From: Candidatus Limnocylindrus sp.
Lineage (GTDB): Bacteria > Chloroflexota > Limnocylindria > Limnocylindrales > Limnocylindraceae
Length of the DNA: 64,000 nt
Direction: 5' to 3'
Assembly (NCBI GenBank): GCA_040397255.1
Contig: JBBAWJ010000001.1
Span: 53,850 to 117,849, forward strand
Positions 38,428 through 47,845 of this stretch are shown piece by piece (within the stretch, counting starts at the first letter, position 1; the number at the start of each line of letters is the position of its first letter). Made by a program: the position numbers and the translations under genes. A model generated the notes under the pieces. It searched no databases and was not told the origin of the DNA. It saw only the letters and a list, made by a program, of their open reading frames with translations.

Positions 38428-39491
38428 GCGAGCAGGGGATTGCCCACGCAGCGGAATACGTGCGCCGAGCCGACGAACTGCGGCCGATGGCACTTGCGGC
38501 CGTGCCTGCAAACGTGCTGGATGCGCTTCGAGTGGCGAAGAGGCTATGGGTCGTGCCGCATGAGCGACCAGATGCCGATGCGCTCGGTGCAGCCCTCGGA
38601 TTAAAGAAGATCCTCGGTCAGTTCGGCGCGGAGGTCGCCGTGATCAGCGCCGACGCCCCACCAGCGGTCTATGACGTCATCCCAGCAATCGGCGACGTCT
38701 CCCTTGAGGCACCGAGCTGGTCGCCAGACGCCATCGTGCTAGTGGATTGCGCCGATCCGAAGCGAGCCGGACGCATCGGCGACCTGATCAATGCGCTGCC
38801 AGCCTCCACGCCACGGATCTTGATTGATCACCATGTCTCCAACGATTCGACCTGGCCACTCGCCTGGGTTGATGCGCGCGCCGCAGCAACCTGCGAAATG
38901 GTGAGCTTGATCGCACTCGCGCTCAAGGCAGATCTCTCTGCAGACCAGGGGCGGCTCGCTACGACACTCGCAGCCGGCGTGATCATGGACACCGCCACCT
39001 TTCAGCATGGCAACACGACCCCTCGAACCCTCGAGGTGGGCGGGCTCCTGCTTGCTGCCGGCGCACCGATCAGTGAGATCTCACGAAAGATCTACCGCTC
39101 GAAGCCACTCGCGCAGGTGCAACTGCACGCGCGCGTGTTGGTGAGCTTGAGGTCCACTGATGGTGGTCGCACCGTGTTCGCGACGATGATGCTGGCTGAC
39201 CTCACCGAAACTGGCGCAACGCTCGAGATGAGCGAGGGGATCGTTGATGCACTCGCGCAGGTCTCAGAGGCCGATGTCGCGATCTTCTTCAAGGAGGACG
39301 GCCCAACCACCGCGCGCATCTCTGTGCGCACGAAGGGGGAGGGCCCCGACGCCACCGCCATCGTTGCCTCATTCGGTGGTGGCGGTCATGCGCGTGCCGC
39401 CGGAGCCACGATTGAGCGCCCCGTGAACGAGGCAGCCACCCTGGTGCTGGCGCGCGTGACGGAGCTTCGCGCGCACGCTGTAGCGGGCTGA
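38424..39491 (+). CDS. nrnA: DHH/DHHA1 phosphoesterase NrnA (nanoRNase / pAp phosphatase)
   Basis: VVPHERPDADALGAALGL, LIDHHVSN (DHH motif), and a DHHA1 GGGGHARAAGA C-terminus. rbfA-nrnA-truB position. Confidence 0.85.
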   Translation: MSEQGIAHAAEYVRRADELRPMALAAVPANVLDALRVAKRLWVVPHERPDADALGAALGLKKILGQFGAEVAVISADAPPAVYDVIPAIGDVSLEAPSWSPDAIVLVDCADPKRAGRIGDLINALPASTPRILIDHHVSNDSTWPLAWVDARAAATCEMVSLIALALKADLSADQGRLATTLAAGVIMDTATFQHGNTTPRTLEVGGLLLAAGAPISEISRKIYRSKPLAQVQLHARVLVSLRSTDGGRTVFATMMLADLTETGATLEMSEGIVDALAQVSEADVAIFFKEDGPTTARISVRTKGEGPDATAIVASFGGGGHARAAGATIERPVNEAATLVLARVTELRAHAVAG

Positions 39492-39495
39492 GCGA

Positions 39496-40458
39496 ATGGC
39501 GCGGCGACGGCCGAGCACACCCGGGGTTGACGGGGTCCTTCTCGTCGACAAGCCGAATGGTCCGACCAGCCACGACATCGTGGCTAAAATCCGCAGAATG
39601 GCGGGCCAACCCCGCATCGGCCATGGCGGCACACTCGATCCGTTCGCCACAGGCCTCTTGGTGCTCGTCCTCGGCCGCGCAACGCGCCTAGCGAGCCTGC
39701 ATCTGGGCGGCGAGAAGCGCTACGAGGCCACCTTCTCGTTTGGCGGAGGGACCACAACCGATGATCTCGATGGCGAACGCCTGGACCTTGCTGGAGCACC
39801 CCCTTCGCAGGCGGCGATCAGCGCACTGCTGCCGCGCTATCGGGGCGCCTTAGAGCAGGTGCCGCCATCGCACTCTGCCAAGCGCACAGATGGTGTACGC
39901 GCCTACGAGCGCGCGCGTGCAGGGGAGGTGGTGGAGCTGGCGCCACGCCCGATCGAGATCAGGCGATTTGACGTACTTGGCTGGGACGACTCTCACGCCG
40001 AAGAGCCGCTCATGCATGCCAGGCTCGACGTGAGCTCTGGCACCTACATCCGCGCCATCGCCCGTGACCTCGGTCGCGATGCGGGGAGTGGGGCACACCT
40101 CGTTGCACTGCGGCGTGTGGGCTCTGGTGTCTTTGCAGTAGGGGAGGCGCACACCATGCAGCAGATCGCCGCCGCTGCGCTGGCGGGCGAGCTTCGCGAC
40201 CTGCTCTTGCCGCTCGACGCTGGACTCGAGCACATTGCATCAACGGAGGTTGGCGAGAAGGGTGCGGCACTGCTGCGCGACGGCATTGCACTCCCGCTTG
40301 GCATGCTGGACAGTGCCGGTCAGCAGACGGCAGAGGGGAGCCCGCTGCGACTCCACGTCCACGGTGCGATCGCCGCATTCGGGCGGCGTACGGCATTCGG
40401 CGCTCAGCCTGAGCGTGTCTTCATCAAATCGAACGCGCTGGTAGGGCCGCGCCTGTGA
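39496..40458 (+). CDS. truB: tRNA pseudouridine(55) synthase
   Basis: GVLLVDKPNGPTSHDIV…HGGTLDPFATGLLVL matches TruB. Confidence 0.9.
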   Translation: MARRRPSTPGVDGVLLVDKPNGPTSHDIVAKIRRMAGQPRIGHGGTLDPFATGLLVLVLGRATRLASLHLGGEKRYEATFSFGGGTTTDDLDGERLDLAGAPPSQAAISALLPRYRGALEQVPPSHSAKRTDGVRAYERARAGEVVELAPRPIEIRRFDVLGWDDSHAEEPLMHARLDVSSGTYIRAIARDLGRDAGSGAHLVALRRVGSGVFAVGEAHTMQQIAAAALAGELRDLLLPLDAGLEHIASTEVGEKGAALLRDGIALPLGMLDSAGQQTAEGSPLRLHVHGAIAAFGRRTAFGAQPERVFIKSNALVGPRL

Positions 40459-41291
40459 AGCGGGTGATTGGATGGGACGAGCTGGCGTCGGAGATGGCGG
40501 CAACGGAGGCCCCGCTTGGATCAGTGCTGACGCTCGGGGTCTTTGATGGGTTGCACCGTGGCCATGTGCGCCTGCTCGCCGCGGCTGAGCGGCTTGCTCG
40601 GTCGGCAGGACTCCAGCGCGTGCACATCGGCTTCACCCCACACCCCGACCAACTGATTCGGGGTGCAACCCCACTCCAACTCCTAGATGCATTGGAACTC
40701 GAGCTCCGTATGGCGGGGGCGGGGGTCGACCTCTGGTGCGACCTGCCGTTTACCCCAGAGACGCGCGACACCCCTTGGGAGCGCTTCATCGAACGTCTCG
40801 TAGCGGTGACGGCGGCGAAGAGCATCGTTCTCTCCCCAGAATCTGCCTTCGGGCAGGGCCGTCAGGGGACGCTGCCAAACGTTCGTGCCTGGGGTGCCGC
40901 CCACGGCCTGCAGGTCCACCCGGTGGCCGAGGCGACCGCTGGCGGAGCCCCCATTCGGAGCACCCGTATCAGGGATGCCATCGCGGGCGGGGAGCTCACA
41001 GGGGCAGCTCGCCTGCTCGGTCGACCCTACGCCCTGGTCGGCACCCTCCAGGGGGACCAGGTTCGCCTGCAGCCCAACATGGCGGCCGTACCTCCGCCAG
41101 GGGAGTATCGGGCTCGCATTGGGGCGGCGGGACGCCCGGAGGGGCGGCTCCCCCTCATTGGCCGGCTCACCACCGTACGCGTCGATGCGGATGGGCTGAC
41201 AATCACGCTCCTGCGGCCAGAAGCGGCAGATCAACGCTTTGACGGGGATCCAATACGGGTCGCCCTGCTCGGTGGGAGCCTCAAGGCGTAG
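40455..41291 (+). CDS. ribF: bifunctional riboflavin kinase / FAD synthetase
   Basis: LTLGVFDGLHRGHVRLL nucleotidyltransferase motif plus a C-terminal riboflavin-kinase-like domain. Confidence 0.85.
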   Translation: MKRVIGWDELASEMAATEAPLGSVLTLGVFDGLHRGHVRLLAAAERLARSAGLQRVHIGFTPHPDQLIRGATPLQLLDALELELRMAGAGVDLWCDLPFTPETRDTPWERFIERLVAVTAAKSIVLSPESAFGQGRQGTLPNVRAWGAAHGLQVHPVAEATAGGAPIRSTRIRDAIAGGELTGAARLLGRPYALVGTLQGDQVRLQPNMAAVPPPGEYRARIGAAGRPEGRLPLIGRLTTVRVDADGLTITLLRPEAADQRFDGDPIRVALLGGSLKA

Positions 41292-41375
41292 ATTTGCTAC
41301 CCTATGCATATCCAAGATGTGATGAAGAGATGAGGGGTGCCCTTGGAGCACCTCCGATGTAAGGAGAACTATCAC

Positions 41376-41645
41376 TTGCCACTAGACCAAGTAACAACCG
41401 CACGCATCGTTGCCGAAAACGGGCGTCACGGTACTGACACCGGGTCCGCAGACGTTCAGATCGCACTCCTCACGGAGCGCATTCAGGGGCTGACGGCGCA
41501 CCTGCAAACCTTTAAGCAGGACAACCACTCGCGCCGCGGGCTCTTGAAGCTCGTCGGTCAGCGACGTCGACTGCTGACATTCCTTAAGCGTGAAGATGCA
41601 GCGCGCTACGCCGCGCTCTCCGAGAAGCTCGGACTTCGACGCTAA
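41376..41645 (+). CDS. rpsO: 30S ribosomal protein S15
   Basis: The TTG 41376 start sits after an [63 protein letters not shown] matches uS15. Confidence 0.9.
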   Translation: MPLDQVTTARIVAENGRHGTDTGSADVQIALLTERIQGLTAHLQTFKQDNHSRRGLLKLVGQRRRLLTFLKREDAARYAALSEKLGLRR

Positions 41646-41651
41646 CCACCT

Positions 41652-41668
41652 CCCAGCCACTGGCTGGG
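41652..41668 (+). promoter_or_regulatory. rpsO-pnp intergenic hairpin (7-bp stem, no U tract), candidate RNase III/processing site
   Basis: cccagcc-act-ggctggg. In other bacteria the rpsO-pnp intergenic hairpin is the site of pnp autoregulation. Confidence 0.4.
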
Positions 41669-41721
41669 ACTACATCGGCACGCTGACGGAAGAACCGCCA
41701 GCGGCCTGACAGGAGAACAGA

Positions 41722-44319
41722 ATGAGCAACATCACCAGCGTATCCGCCGAGTTCGGCGGTCAGACCCTCACGATTGAGACCGGTCGAATGGCCCGCCTCG
41801 CCGGTGGCGCAGTCACCGTTCGCTACGGCGATACCGTTGTCCTTGGCACTGCAAACCGCAGCGAGCCACGACCAGGCCTTGACTTCTTCCCACTCACGAT
41901 TGAATTCGAAGAGCGCATGTACGCCGCAGGGAAGATTCCAGGCGGATATATCAAGCGCGAAGGGCGAGCCTCTGAGAACGCAACGCTCTCCGCTCGTCTC
42001 ACCGACCGACCGATCCGACCACTCTTCCCAGAGGGGTACAAGGACGACGTTCAGGTTGTGATCACCGTGCTCAGCGCGGACCAGGAGAACGACCCAGACA
42101 TTCTTGGAACGCTCGCCGCCTCTGCGGCGCTGACGATCTCCGAGATCCCATTCCTTGGGCCTATCGGCGCAGTGCGCGTCGGCATCGTGCACGGTGCCTT
42201 TGTGATCAACCCAACCTTCGAGCAGCTCAAGGAGAGCGATCTCGATTTGGTGGTCTCAGGGACAGTCAGCGCGATCATGATGGTTGAGGCTGGCGCAAAC
42301 CTGATCACCGAAGACAAGATGGCTGAAGCCATTGAGTTCGGACACGGCGCGATCAAGGCGCTCGTTGCCCTGCAAGAGGAGCTGCGCGCCAAGGTCGGCA
42401 AGGAGAAGCGCGTTCCGTATATCGAGCCAAGCACCGACAGCGTGCTTGCGTTTGCTGAGGCAGCTGCGAACGGCGGCACCTTCGTGATTGTCGACACTGA
42501 GACGACCGGTCTCGATCCAAAGATTTCGGATCTCGTCGAAGTCGCTGCAGTAAAGATCAAGGGTGGCAAGATCACCGACCGCTGGAGCAGCTTCGTCGAC
42601 GCCGGCAACGGCATCGTCGGCGCCCAGATGCACGGCATCACCAACAAAGACATTAAGGGCGGCCTGACGCCGAAAGCGGCAGCCGAGAAGATTGCTGAAT
42701 TCGCCAAGGGCGCAATCCTTGTCGGACACAACCTTGGCTTTGATGTCGCCTTCCTCGACGAGGCACTCGGCAAGGGTCGCACCTTCGCGACCGAGCAGGG
42801 GAGCTACCTTGACACCTACGTCCTCTTCAAGGAGGCGTACCCAGAGAGCGAATCGTTCAAGCTCGGAGATCTCGCACGCGTCTATGGCGCAGCGACAACC
42901 CCGAACCATCGAGCCGCCGCTGACGCTGAAGCAACAGCAGAGCTCTTGCTGATCCTCGCGAACGAACTCCCAGGGCGCCTCGCGGCGCTCAAGGAGGGGA
43001 TTGCCGATTCGATCCGCGCCGCACGCAGCGGCAAGGGCGAGCCAAAGGTGATTTTCGAGGCGGCACGTCGCAAGGCGCGCGTCGGCAAAAACCTCTTCGG
43101 TTGGATGCATAAGAAGACAGCACGTAGCCTCACGATGAAGGAGGGAATCCGCCTCGACGGCCGTAAGGCTGATGAGATTCGCAAGATCTCGGTAGAGGTT
43201 GGTCTCCTCCCGCGCGCGCATGGCTCCGGCCTCTTCACCCGTGGTGAGACGCAGGCGTTGAGCGTGGCCACCCTTGGCCCAGTGGCACAGGGGCAGCGCC
43301 TCGACACGATCTCGCCGATCACCGAGAAGCGCTACATCCACCACTACAACATGCCGCCATACAGCACCGGCGAGAACAAGCCGATGCGTGGCCCAGGCCG
43401 ACGCGAGATTGGGCACGGAGCCCTTGCCGAGCGAGCACTGATCCCAGTGCTCCCATCGATCGAGGAGTTCCCATACGCCATCCGGGTCGTCTCGGAGTGC
43501 GTGACCTCCAACGGGTCGACCTCAATGGCCTCAACCTGTGGCTCGAGCCTCTCACTCCTTGATGCCGGCGTGCCGCTCAAGGCGTCGGTCGCTGGTGCTG
43601 CGATGGGCCTGATGTCGGAGCCAGATGGCGAGTTCATCGTCCTCACGGACATCCTCGGCAAAGAGGATGCCTTCGGCGACATGGACTTCAAGGTGACGGG
43701 AACCCGCACAGGGATCACCGCCTTGCAGATGGACATCAAGGTGCAGGGGATCAACGGGGCGATCATTCGCACCGGCCTCAAGGACGCGCTCGCTGCGCGC
43801 CTTGAGATCCTCGACAAGATGGACGCGATCATCAGCACTGCTCGACCAGAGCTCTCTGACTTCGCCCCACGCATCACTACGATCAAGATCAATCCGGAGA
43901 AGATCCGCGACATCATTGGTAAGGGTGGCGCGGTCATCCGCAAGTTGCAGGATGACTTCCAGGTCAATATCAACGTGCAGGACGACGGCACCGTGCAGAT
44001 CGCTTCGGCTGACCCAGAGCGCACCAAGGGCGTCCTTGATGCGATCAACGGGATCACCAAAGAGGTTGAGCTCGGCGCGCTCTACATGGGCAAGGTCACC
44101 CGCATCATGGGCTTCGGCTGCTTCGTCGAGATCCTGCCAGGCAAGGAGGGCCTCGTACGTATCGGCGAGCTCGCCGACTATCGTGTGAACACCGTCGAGG
44201 ACGAGGTTGCCGTTGGCGACGAGATCATGGTTGTGGTCACCGAAGTTGACCGCCAGGGTCGCGTAAACCTGTCACGCCGCGCCGCCATGCAGCGTCACAA
44301 GGCCACACCTCAGGAGTAA
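41722..44319 (+). CDS. pnp: polynucleotide phosphorylase with an inserted DnaQ-like DEDDh 3'-5' exonuclease domain (865 aa)
   Basis: RNase PH domains 1 and 2 (…IRLDGRKADEIRKISVEVGLLPRAHGSGLFTRGETQAL…), KH (GKGGAVIRKLQ) and S1 domains are all present. A roughly 165-aa extra segment at aa 253-416 carries Exo I DTETTG, Exo II HNLGFD and Exo III HRAAADA motifs. Confidence 0.9.
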   Translation: MSNITSVSAEFGGQTLTIETGRMARLAGGAVTVRYGDTVVLGTANRSEPRPGLDFFPLTIEFEERMYAAGKIPGGYIKREGRASENATLSARLTDRPIRPLFPEGYKDDVQVVITVLSADQENDPDILGTLAASAALTISEIPFLGPIGAVRVGIVHGAFVINPTFEQLKESDLDLVVSGTVSAIMMVEAGANLITEDKMAEAIEFGHGAIKALVALQEELRAKVGKEKRVPYIEPSTDSVLAFAEAAANGGTFVIVDTETTGLDPKISDLVEVAAVKIKGGKITDRWSSFVDAGNGIVGAQMHGITNKDIKGGLTPKAAAEKIAEFAKGAILVGHNLGFDVAFLDEALGKGRTFATEQGSYLDTYVLFKEAYPESESFKLGDLARVYGAATTPNHRAAADAEATAELLLILANELPGRLAALKEGIADSIRAARSGKGEPKVIFEAARRKARVGKNLFGWMHKKTARSLTMKEGIRLDGRKADEIRKISVEVGLLPRAHGSGLFTRGETQALSVATLGPVAQGQRLDTISPITEKRYIHHYNMPPYSTGENKPMRGPGRREIGHGALAERALIPVLPSIEEFPYAIRVVSECVTSNGSTSMASTCGSSLSLLDAGVPLKASVAGAAMGLMSEPDGEFIVLTDILGKEDAFGDMDFKVTGTRTGITALQMDIKVQGINGAIIRTGLKDALAARLEILDKMDAIISTARPELSDFAPRITTIKINPEKIRDIIGKGGAVIRKLQDDFQVNINVQDDGTVQIASADPERTKGVLDAINGITKEVELGALYMGKVTRIMGFGCFVEILPGKEGLVRIGELADYRVNTVEDEVAVGDEIMVVVTEVDRQGRVNLSRRAAMQRHKATPQE
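42478..42969 (+). other. embedded DEDDh (DnaQ/epsilon/Orn-like) exonuclease domain inside pnp
   Basis: TFVIVDTETTGLD (Exo I D,E). ILVGHNLGFDVAFL (Exo II D). NHRAAADAEATAELL (Exo III H-x4-D). All five catalytic residues appear to be present. Confidence 0.75.
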
Positions 44320-44346
44320 CCGTGCTCCTAGGCTCTAGAAACACAA

Positions 44347-44379
44347 CTGAGGACTTGCGGTCAACCCGCAGGTCCTCAG
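44347..44379 (+). promoter_or_regulatory. compound hairpin 3' of pnp (ctgaggac…gtcctcag enclosing tgcgg-tcaac-ccgca), no U tract
   Basis: Perfect 8-bp outer stem plus 5-bp inner stem. Directly followed by the asd -10 box. Confidence 0.5.
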
Positions 44380-44382
44380 TCG

Positions 44383-44388
44383 TATACT
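44383..44388 (+). promoter_or_regulatory. -10 box TATACT, 7 nt upstream of the asd ATG (leaderless candidate)
   Basis: TATACT at 44383-44388 and ATG at 44396. No SD possible. Confidence 0.45.
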
Positions 44389-44395
44389 GGACAGC

Positions 44396-45445
44396 ATGAG
44401 CAACGCATCGAACCCAGAGGGCTACGTGGTCGCCGTGCTCGGCGCCACAGGTCTCGTTGGGCAGACCATGATCGCCGTACTTGAAGAGCGCAACTTTCCC
44501 GTGCGCACGTTCATTCCGCTTGCCGCGACGAGCGGTGGCCGAACCGTACGTTTTCGTGGCGCAGACATTCCGGTGCAGCAGGTTCAGCCCGATTCGTTCA
44601 GCGGCGTAGACATCGCCATCTTTAGCGCCGGTGGCGCCGCAAGCTTGACCTACGCGCCGGAGGCGGCGGCACGAGGCTGCGTCGTTGTCGACAATTCCAG
44701 CGCCTGGCGCATGGATCCGAGTGTTCCGTTAGTTGTCTCCCAGGTGAACCCTGCCGCACTCAGCACACACAACGGCATCATTGCCAATCCAAACTGTTCG
44801 ACGATGCAACTTGCACCGCTACTCAAGGCGCTCTCTGATGCGGCCGGACTGCAGCGGGTCGTTGTTGCCACCTACCAGGCGGTCTCAGGAGCGGGTGCAA
44901 AGGCCGTGGCGGATCTTGTCCAGCAACGCGCCACCGTGGTGAACGGCGGCGTACCCACCTCAACGATCTACCCCCACGCCGTAGTGGCGAGCCCCATCCC
45001 AGCCATTGATCTATTCCTCCCGGATGGTTCAACCAAAGAGGAGACGAAGGTCGTGAACGAGAGCAGGAAGATCCTCGACCTGCCGAACCTGCGTATCTCT
45101 GCAACCGCTGTTCGTGTGCCAGTTGAACGGAGTCACTCCGAGGCGGTGCATGTTGAGTTAGCTCGGGCGCTCAGCCCCGACCAGGCTCGCGTCGCATTTG
45201 CTGCGATGCAGGGGGTGACGGTCGTTGATGACCCTGCGAGCAACTCCTACCCACTGGCGGCAGATGCAGCCGGCAGCGACGAGATCTATGTTGGGCGTGT
45301 TCGCACCGACGCCAGCGTTGAACATGGGATCGCCTTCTGGGTGGTGAGCGACAACGTGCGCAAGGGCGCCGCAACGAACGCCGTGCAGATTGCTGAGCTC
45401 TTGGTCAGCATGAACCTGGTCCATGGAGCGAACCACGACGCCTGA
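44396..45445 (+). CDS. asd: aspartate-semialdehyde dehydrogenase
   Basis: VAVLGATGLVGQ Rossmann fold. Active-site region NPNCSTMQLAPLL. ATG sits 7 nt after a TATACT -10 box (leaderless candidate). Confidence 0.9.
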   Translation: MSNASNPEGYVVAVLGATGLVGQTMIAVLEERNFPVRTFIPLAATSGGRTVRFRGADIPVQQVQPDSFSGVDIAIFSAGGAASLTYAPEAAARGCVVVDNSSAWRMDPSVPLVVSQVNPAALSTHNGIIANPNCSTMQLAPLLKALSDAAGLQRVVVATYQAVSGAGAKAVADLVQQRATVVNGGVPTSTIYPHAVVASPIPAIDLFLPDGSTKEETKVVNESRKILDLPNLRISATAVRVPVERSHSEAVHVELARALSPDQARVAFAAMQGVTVVDDPASNSYPLAADAAGSDEIYVGRVRTDASVEHGIAFWVVSDNVRKGAATNAVQIAELLVSMNLVHGANHDA

Positions 45446-46106
45446 CAGGGTCGCCCTCGAGCTCGCCTCGGTAGCCCGCGACGCCTCCACCTGCACGGCG
45501 TGCGGGCTCTCGGCGACGAGAACACAGGCGGTTCCCGGTGAGGGGAGCCCCACGGCAGCGCTGGTCTTTGTTGGGGAGGCTCCTGGGGCACGAGAGGACG
45601 TAGCTGGTCGCCCATTTGTGGGTGCCGCTGGCCGCCTTCTCGACGACCTGCTGGCCTCCATCGGCCTCCGGCGTGAGGAGGTCTTCATCCTGAATACGGT
45701 GAAGTGTCGACCACCAGAGAACCGCAACCCACAACGATCTGAGATCGCCGCATGCGCGCCACTCCTCTCGCGGCAGCTGCAAGCGCTGCAGCCGCGGGTC
45801 ATCGCCACCCTTGGCAGGCACGCTCTTGCTGTCTTTGCGCCCAGCGCGAAGATTGCAGAGGTGCATGGACGTCCGTACACACAGACAGAGGGTGGCCAGC
45901 AGGGAGGTGCCGTGCTCTTCCCCCTGTATCACCCTGCAGCGGCACTGCACAACGGGAGTTTGCGACCGACCCTGGAGCGCGATATGGCGGCCTTGCGGGA
46001 GCACCTCAACGCGGATGCTCGCGAAGGGGCGGGGGAGGCTACCCTACGCGAGGTGGATTCGGTGCCGACTCGGCCCCGTCCCAGGACGCAAGGGGAGGCT
46101 GAATGA
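45423..46106 (+). CDS. uracil-DNA glycosylase, family 4 (Fe-S type)
   Basis: CTACGL…VFVGEAPGAREDVAGRPFVGAAG…LNTVKCRPPENR matches family-4 UDG. Confidence 0.85.
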   Translation: MERTTTPDRVALELASVARDASTCTACGLSATRTQAVPGEGSPTAALVFVGEAPGAREDVAGRPFVGAAGRLLDDLLASIGLRREEVFILNTVKCRPPENRNPQRSEIAACAPLLSRQLQALQPRVIATLGRHALAVFAPSAKIAEVHGRPYTQTEGGQQGGAVLFPLYHPAAALHNGSLRPTLERDMAALREHLNADAREGAGEATLREVDSVPTRPRPRTQGEAE

Positions 46107-47842
46107 CCCAACGCCCGCAACCGGCACGCCGACCAGCTGAGGCGAGGCGTCCCCAGGAGACCCGTCGCCCCCATAAGGCGGCTGCGAGCGGACCAGCACT
46201 TCGCCTGATCCCGCTCGGCGGCATGGGGGAGATTGGGAAGAACCTCTACCTCTACGAGTATGAGGACACCATCATCCTCGTCGACTGCGGCCTCGCCTTC
46301 CCCGACGAGACCACCCTCGGCGTCGACATCATCATTCCTGACATCAGCTACCTGCGCGCACGCCGTAGTGCCGTGAAGGCGGTCCTCATCACCCACGGAC
46401 ACGAGGATCACGTCGGCGCGCTCCCGCACATCCTCCCTGAACTCCCTGGCGTGCCGGTCTACGCCAGCACCCTTGCGCGTGGGCTCCTCGCCAACAAGCT
46501 GAAGGAGTTCAAGGTCACCGCAAACCCGTTGCGCCCGCTCGATCCGGGCGGCCGACTTGAGGTTGGACCGTTCACGATCGAACCCTTCCGCGTCGGTCAC
46601 TCCATCCCAGATGCCATGGGCTACGCAATCCATTCACCTGTTGGAACAGTGATCCACACCGGCGACTTCAAATTTGACCAGACCCCAGCCGATGGAAAGA
46701 CGGCAGACTTCGCCATGCTGGCAAAGTTCGGCGCACAGGGGGTGCTTGCACTGGTGTCGGATAGCACGCGCGCTGAAGCTCCCGGGTACACGCCAAGTGA
46801 GCAGGTCGTTGGCCAGGCGTTCAAGGGGATCATTAGCAGCGCACCTGGCCGAGTGATCATCGCGACCTTCGCCTCGAACATTGCACGTATCCAGCAGGTG
46901 CTTGACGCGGCGGCGGAGTTCCATCGCAAGGTCGCCGTTGTCGGTCGCTCAATGGAGCAGAACGTCAAGATCGCACGCGACCTTGGCTATCTGAAATTCC
47001 CGACTCCACTCCTTGCGAAGGAGGAGATTGCGCGCCGCACGAAGGAGCCGCTCGTGATCGCCACCACCGGTGCGCAGGGTGAGCCGATGGCCGGACTCGC
47101 GAAGATGGCGAACGGGGAGCATCGCAACGTGGAGATTCAGAACGGCGATACCGTCATTGTCTCCGCATCACCGATTCCAGGCAACGAAGAGGCGGTCGGT
47201 CGAACGATTGACAACCTCTTCAGGTCCGGCGCCAACGTCATCTATCACTCCATCGCACAGGTGCACGTCTCGGGTCACGCCTCGCAAGAGGAGCTGAAGA
47301 TGATGCTCGCGCTCACCAAGCCGAAATACTTCGTACCGATGCACGGTGATATGCGCATGCAGGTGGCCCACGGGCGACTTGCAACACAGATGGGGGTACC
47401 ACCATCCGCGGTGTTCATCATCGATAACGGCACGCCGGTCGAGTTCTCTGCAGACGGCAGCGCGCGTCGTGGCAAACCGGTTGAACATGGCTCTGTCTTT
47501 GTTGATGGTTCGTCGGTGGGCGAGATCAGTGAAATCGTCCTCCGCGATCGACGCACCCTTGCTGACGATGGCATCGTTGTCGTGATCGCAACGATCGATG
47601 CACGGACCGGTAAGCCTGTCGGTCGCCCGGCACTCGTCACCCGCGGATTCCTCAACGGCGATGAGGACAACAAGCTCGTTGAAGAGGCGATCACGATCGC
47701 CCTGAAGGCAATCCAGCACAAGGGTGACCGTGGGGCAGAGGTGGGACTGATCAAGGCGCAGCTGAGTGAATCAGTATCGCGATTCCTCGGCAAGGAGACT
47801 CGACGTCGCCCTCTCGTGGTCCCTGTGGTGGTTGAGGTTTAA
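46103..47842 (+). CDS. rnj: ribonuclease J
   Basis: LRLIPLGGMGEIGKN…ITHGHEDHVGALP is an MBL/beta-CASP RNase J. 579 aa with a basic Pro/Arg-rich N-terminal extension. Confidence 0.9.
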   Translation: MTQRPQPARRPAEARRPQETRRPHKAAASGPALRLIPLGGMGEIGKNLYLYEYEDTIILVDCGLAFPDETTLGVDIIIPDISYLRARRSAVKAVLITHGHEDHVGALPHILPELPGVPVYASTLARGLLANKLKEFKVTANPLRPLDPGGRLEVGPFTIEPFRVGHSIPDAMGYAIHSPVGTVIHTGDFKFDQTPADGKTADFAMLAKFGAQGVLALVSDSTRAEAPGYTPSEQVVGQAFKGIISSAPGRVIIATFASNIARIQQVLDAAAEFHRKVAVVGRSMEQNVKIARDLGYLKFPTPLLAKEEIARRTKEPLVIATTGAQGEPMAGLAKMANGEHRNVEIQNGDTVIVSASPIPGNEEAVGRTIDNLFRSGANVIYHSIAQVHVSGHASQEELKMMLALTKPKYFVPMHGDMRMQVAHGRLATQMGVPPSAVFIIDNGTPVEFSADGSARRGKPVEHGSVFVDGSSVGEISEIVLRDRRTLADDGIVVVIATIDARTGKPVGRPALVTRGFLNGDEDNKLVEEAITIALKAIQHKGDRGAEVGLIKAQLSESVSRFLGKETRRRPLVVPVVVEV

Positions 47843-47845
47843 GCG

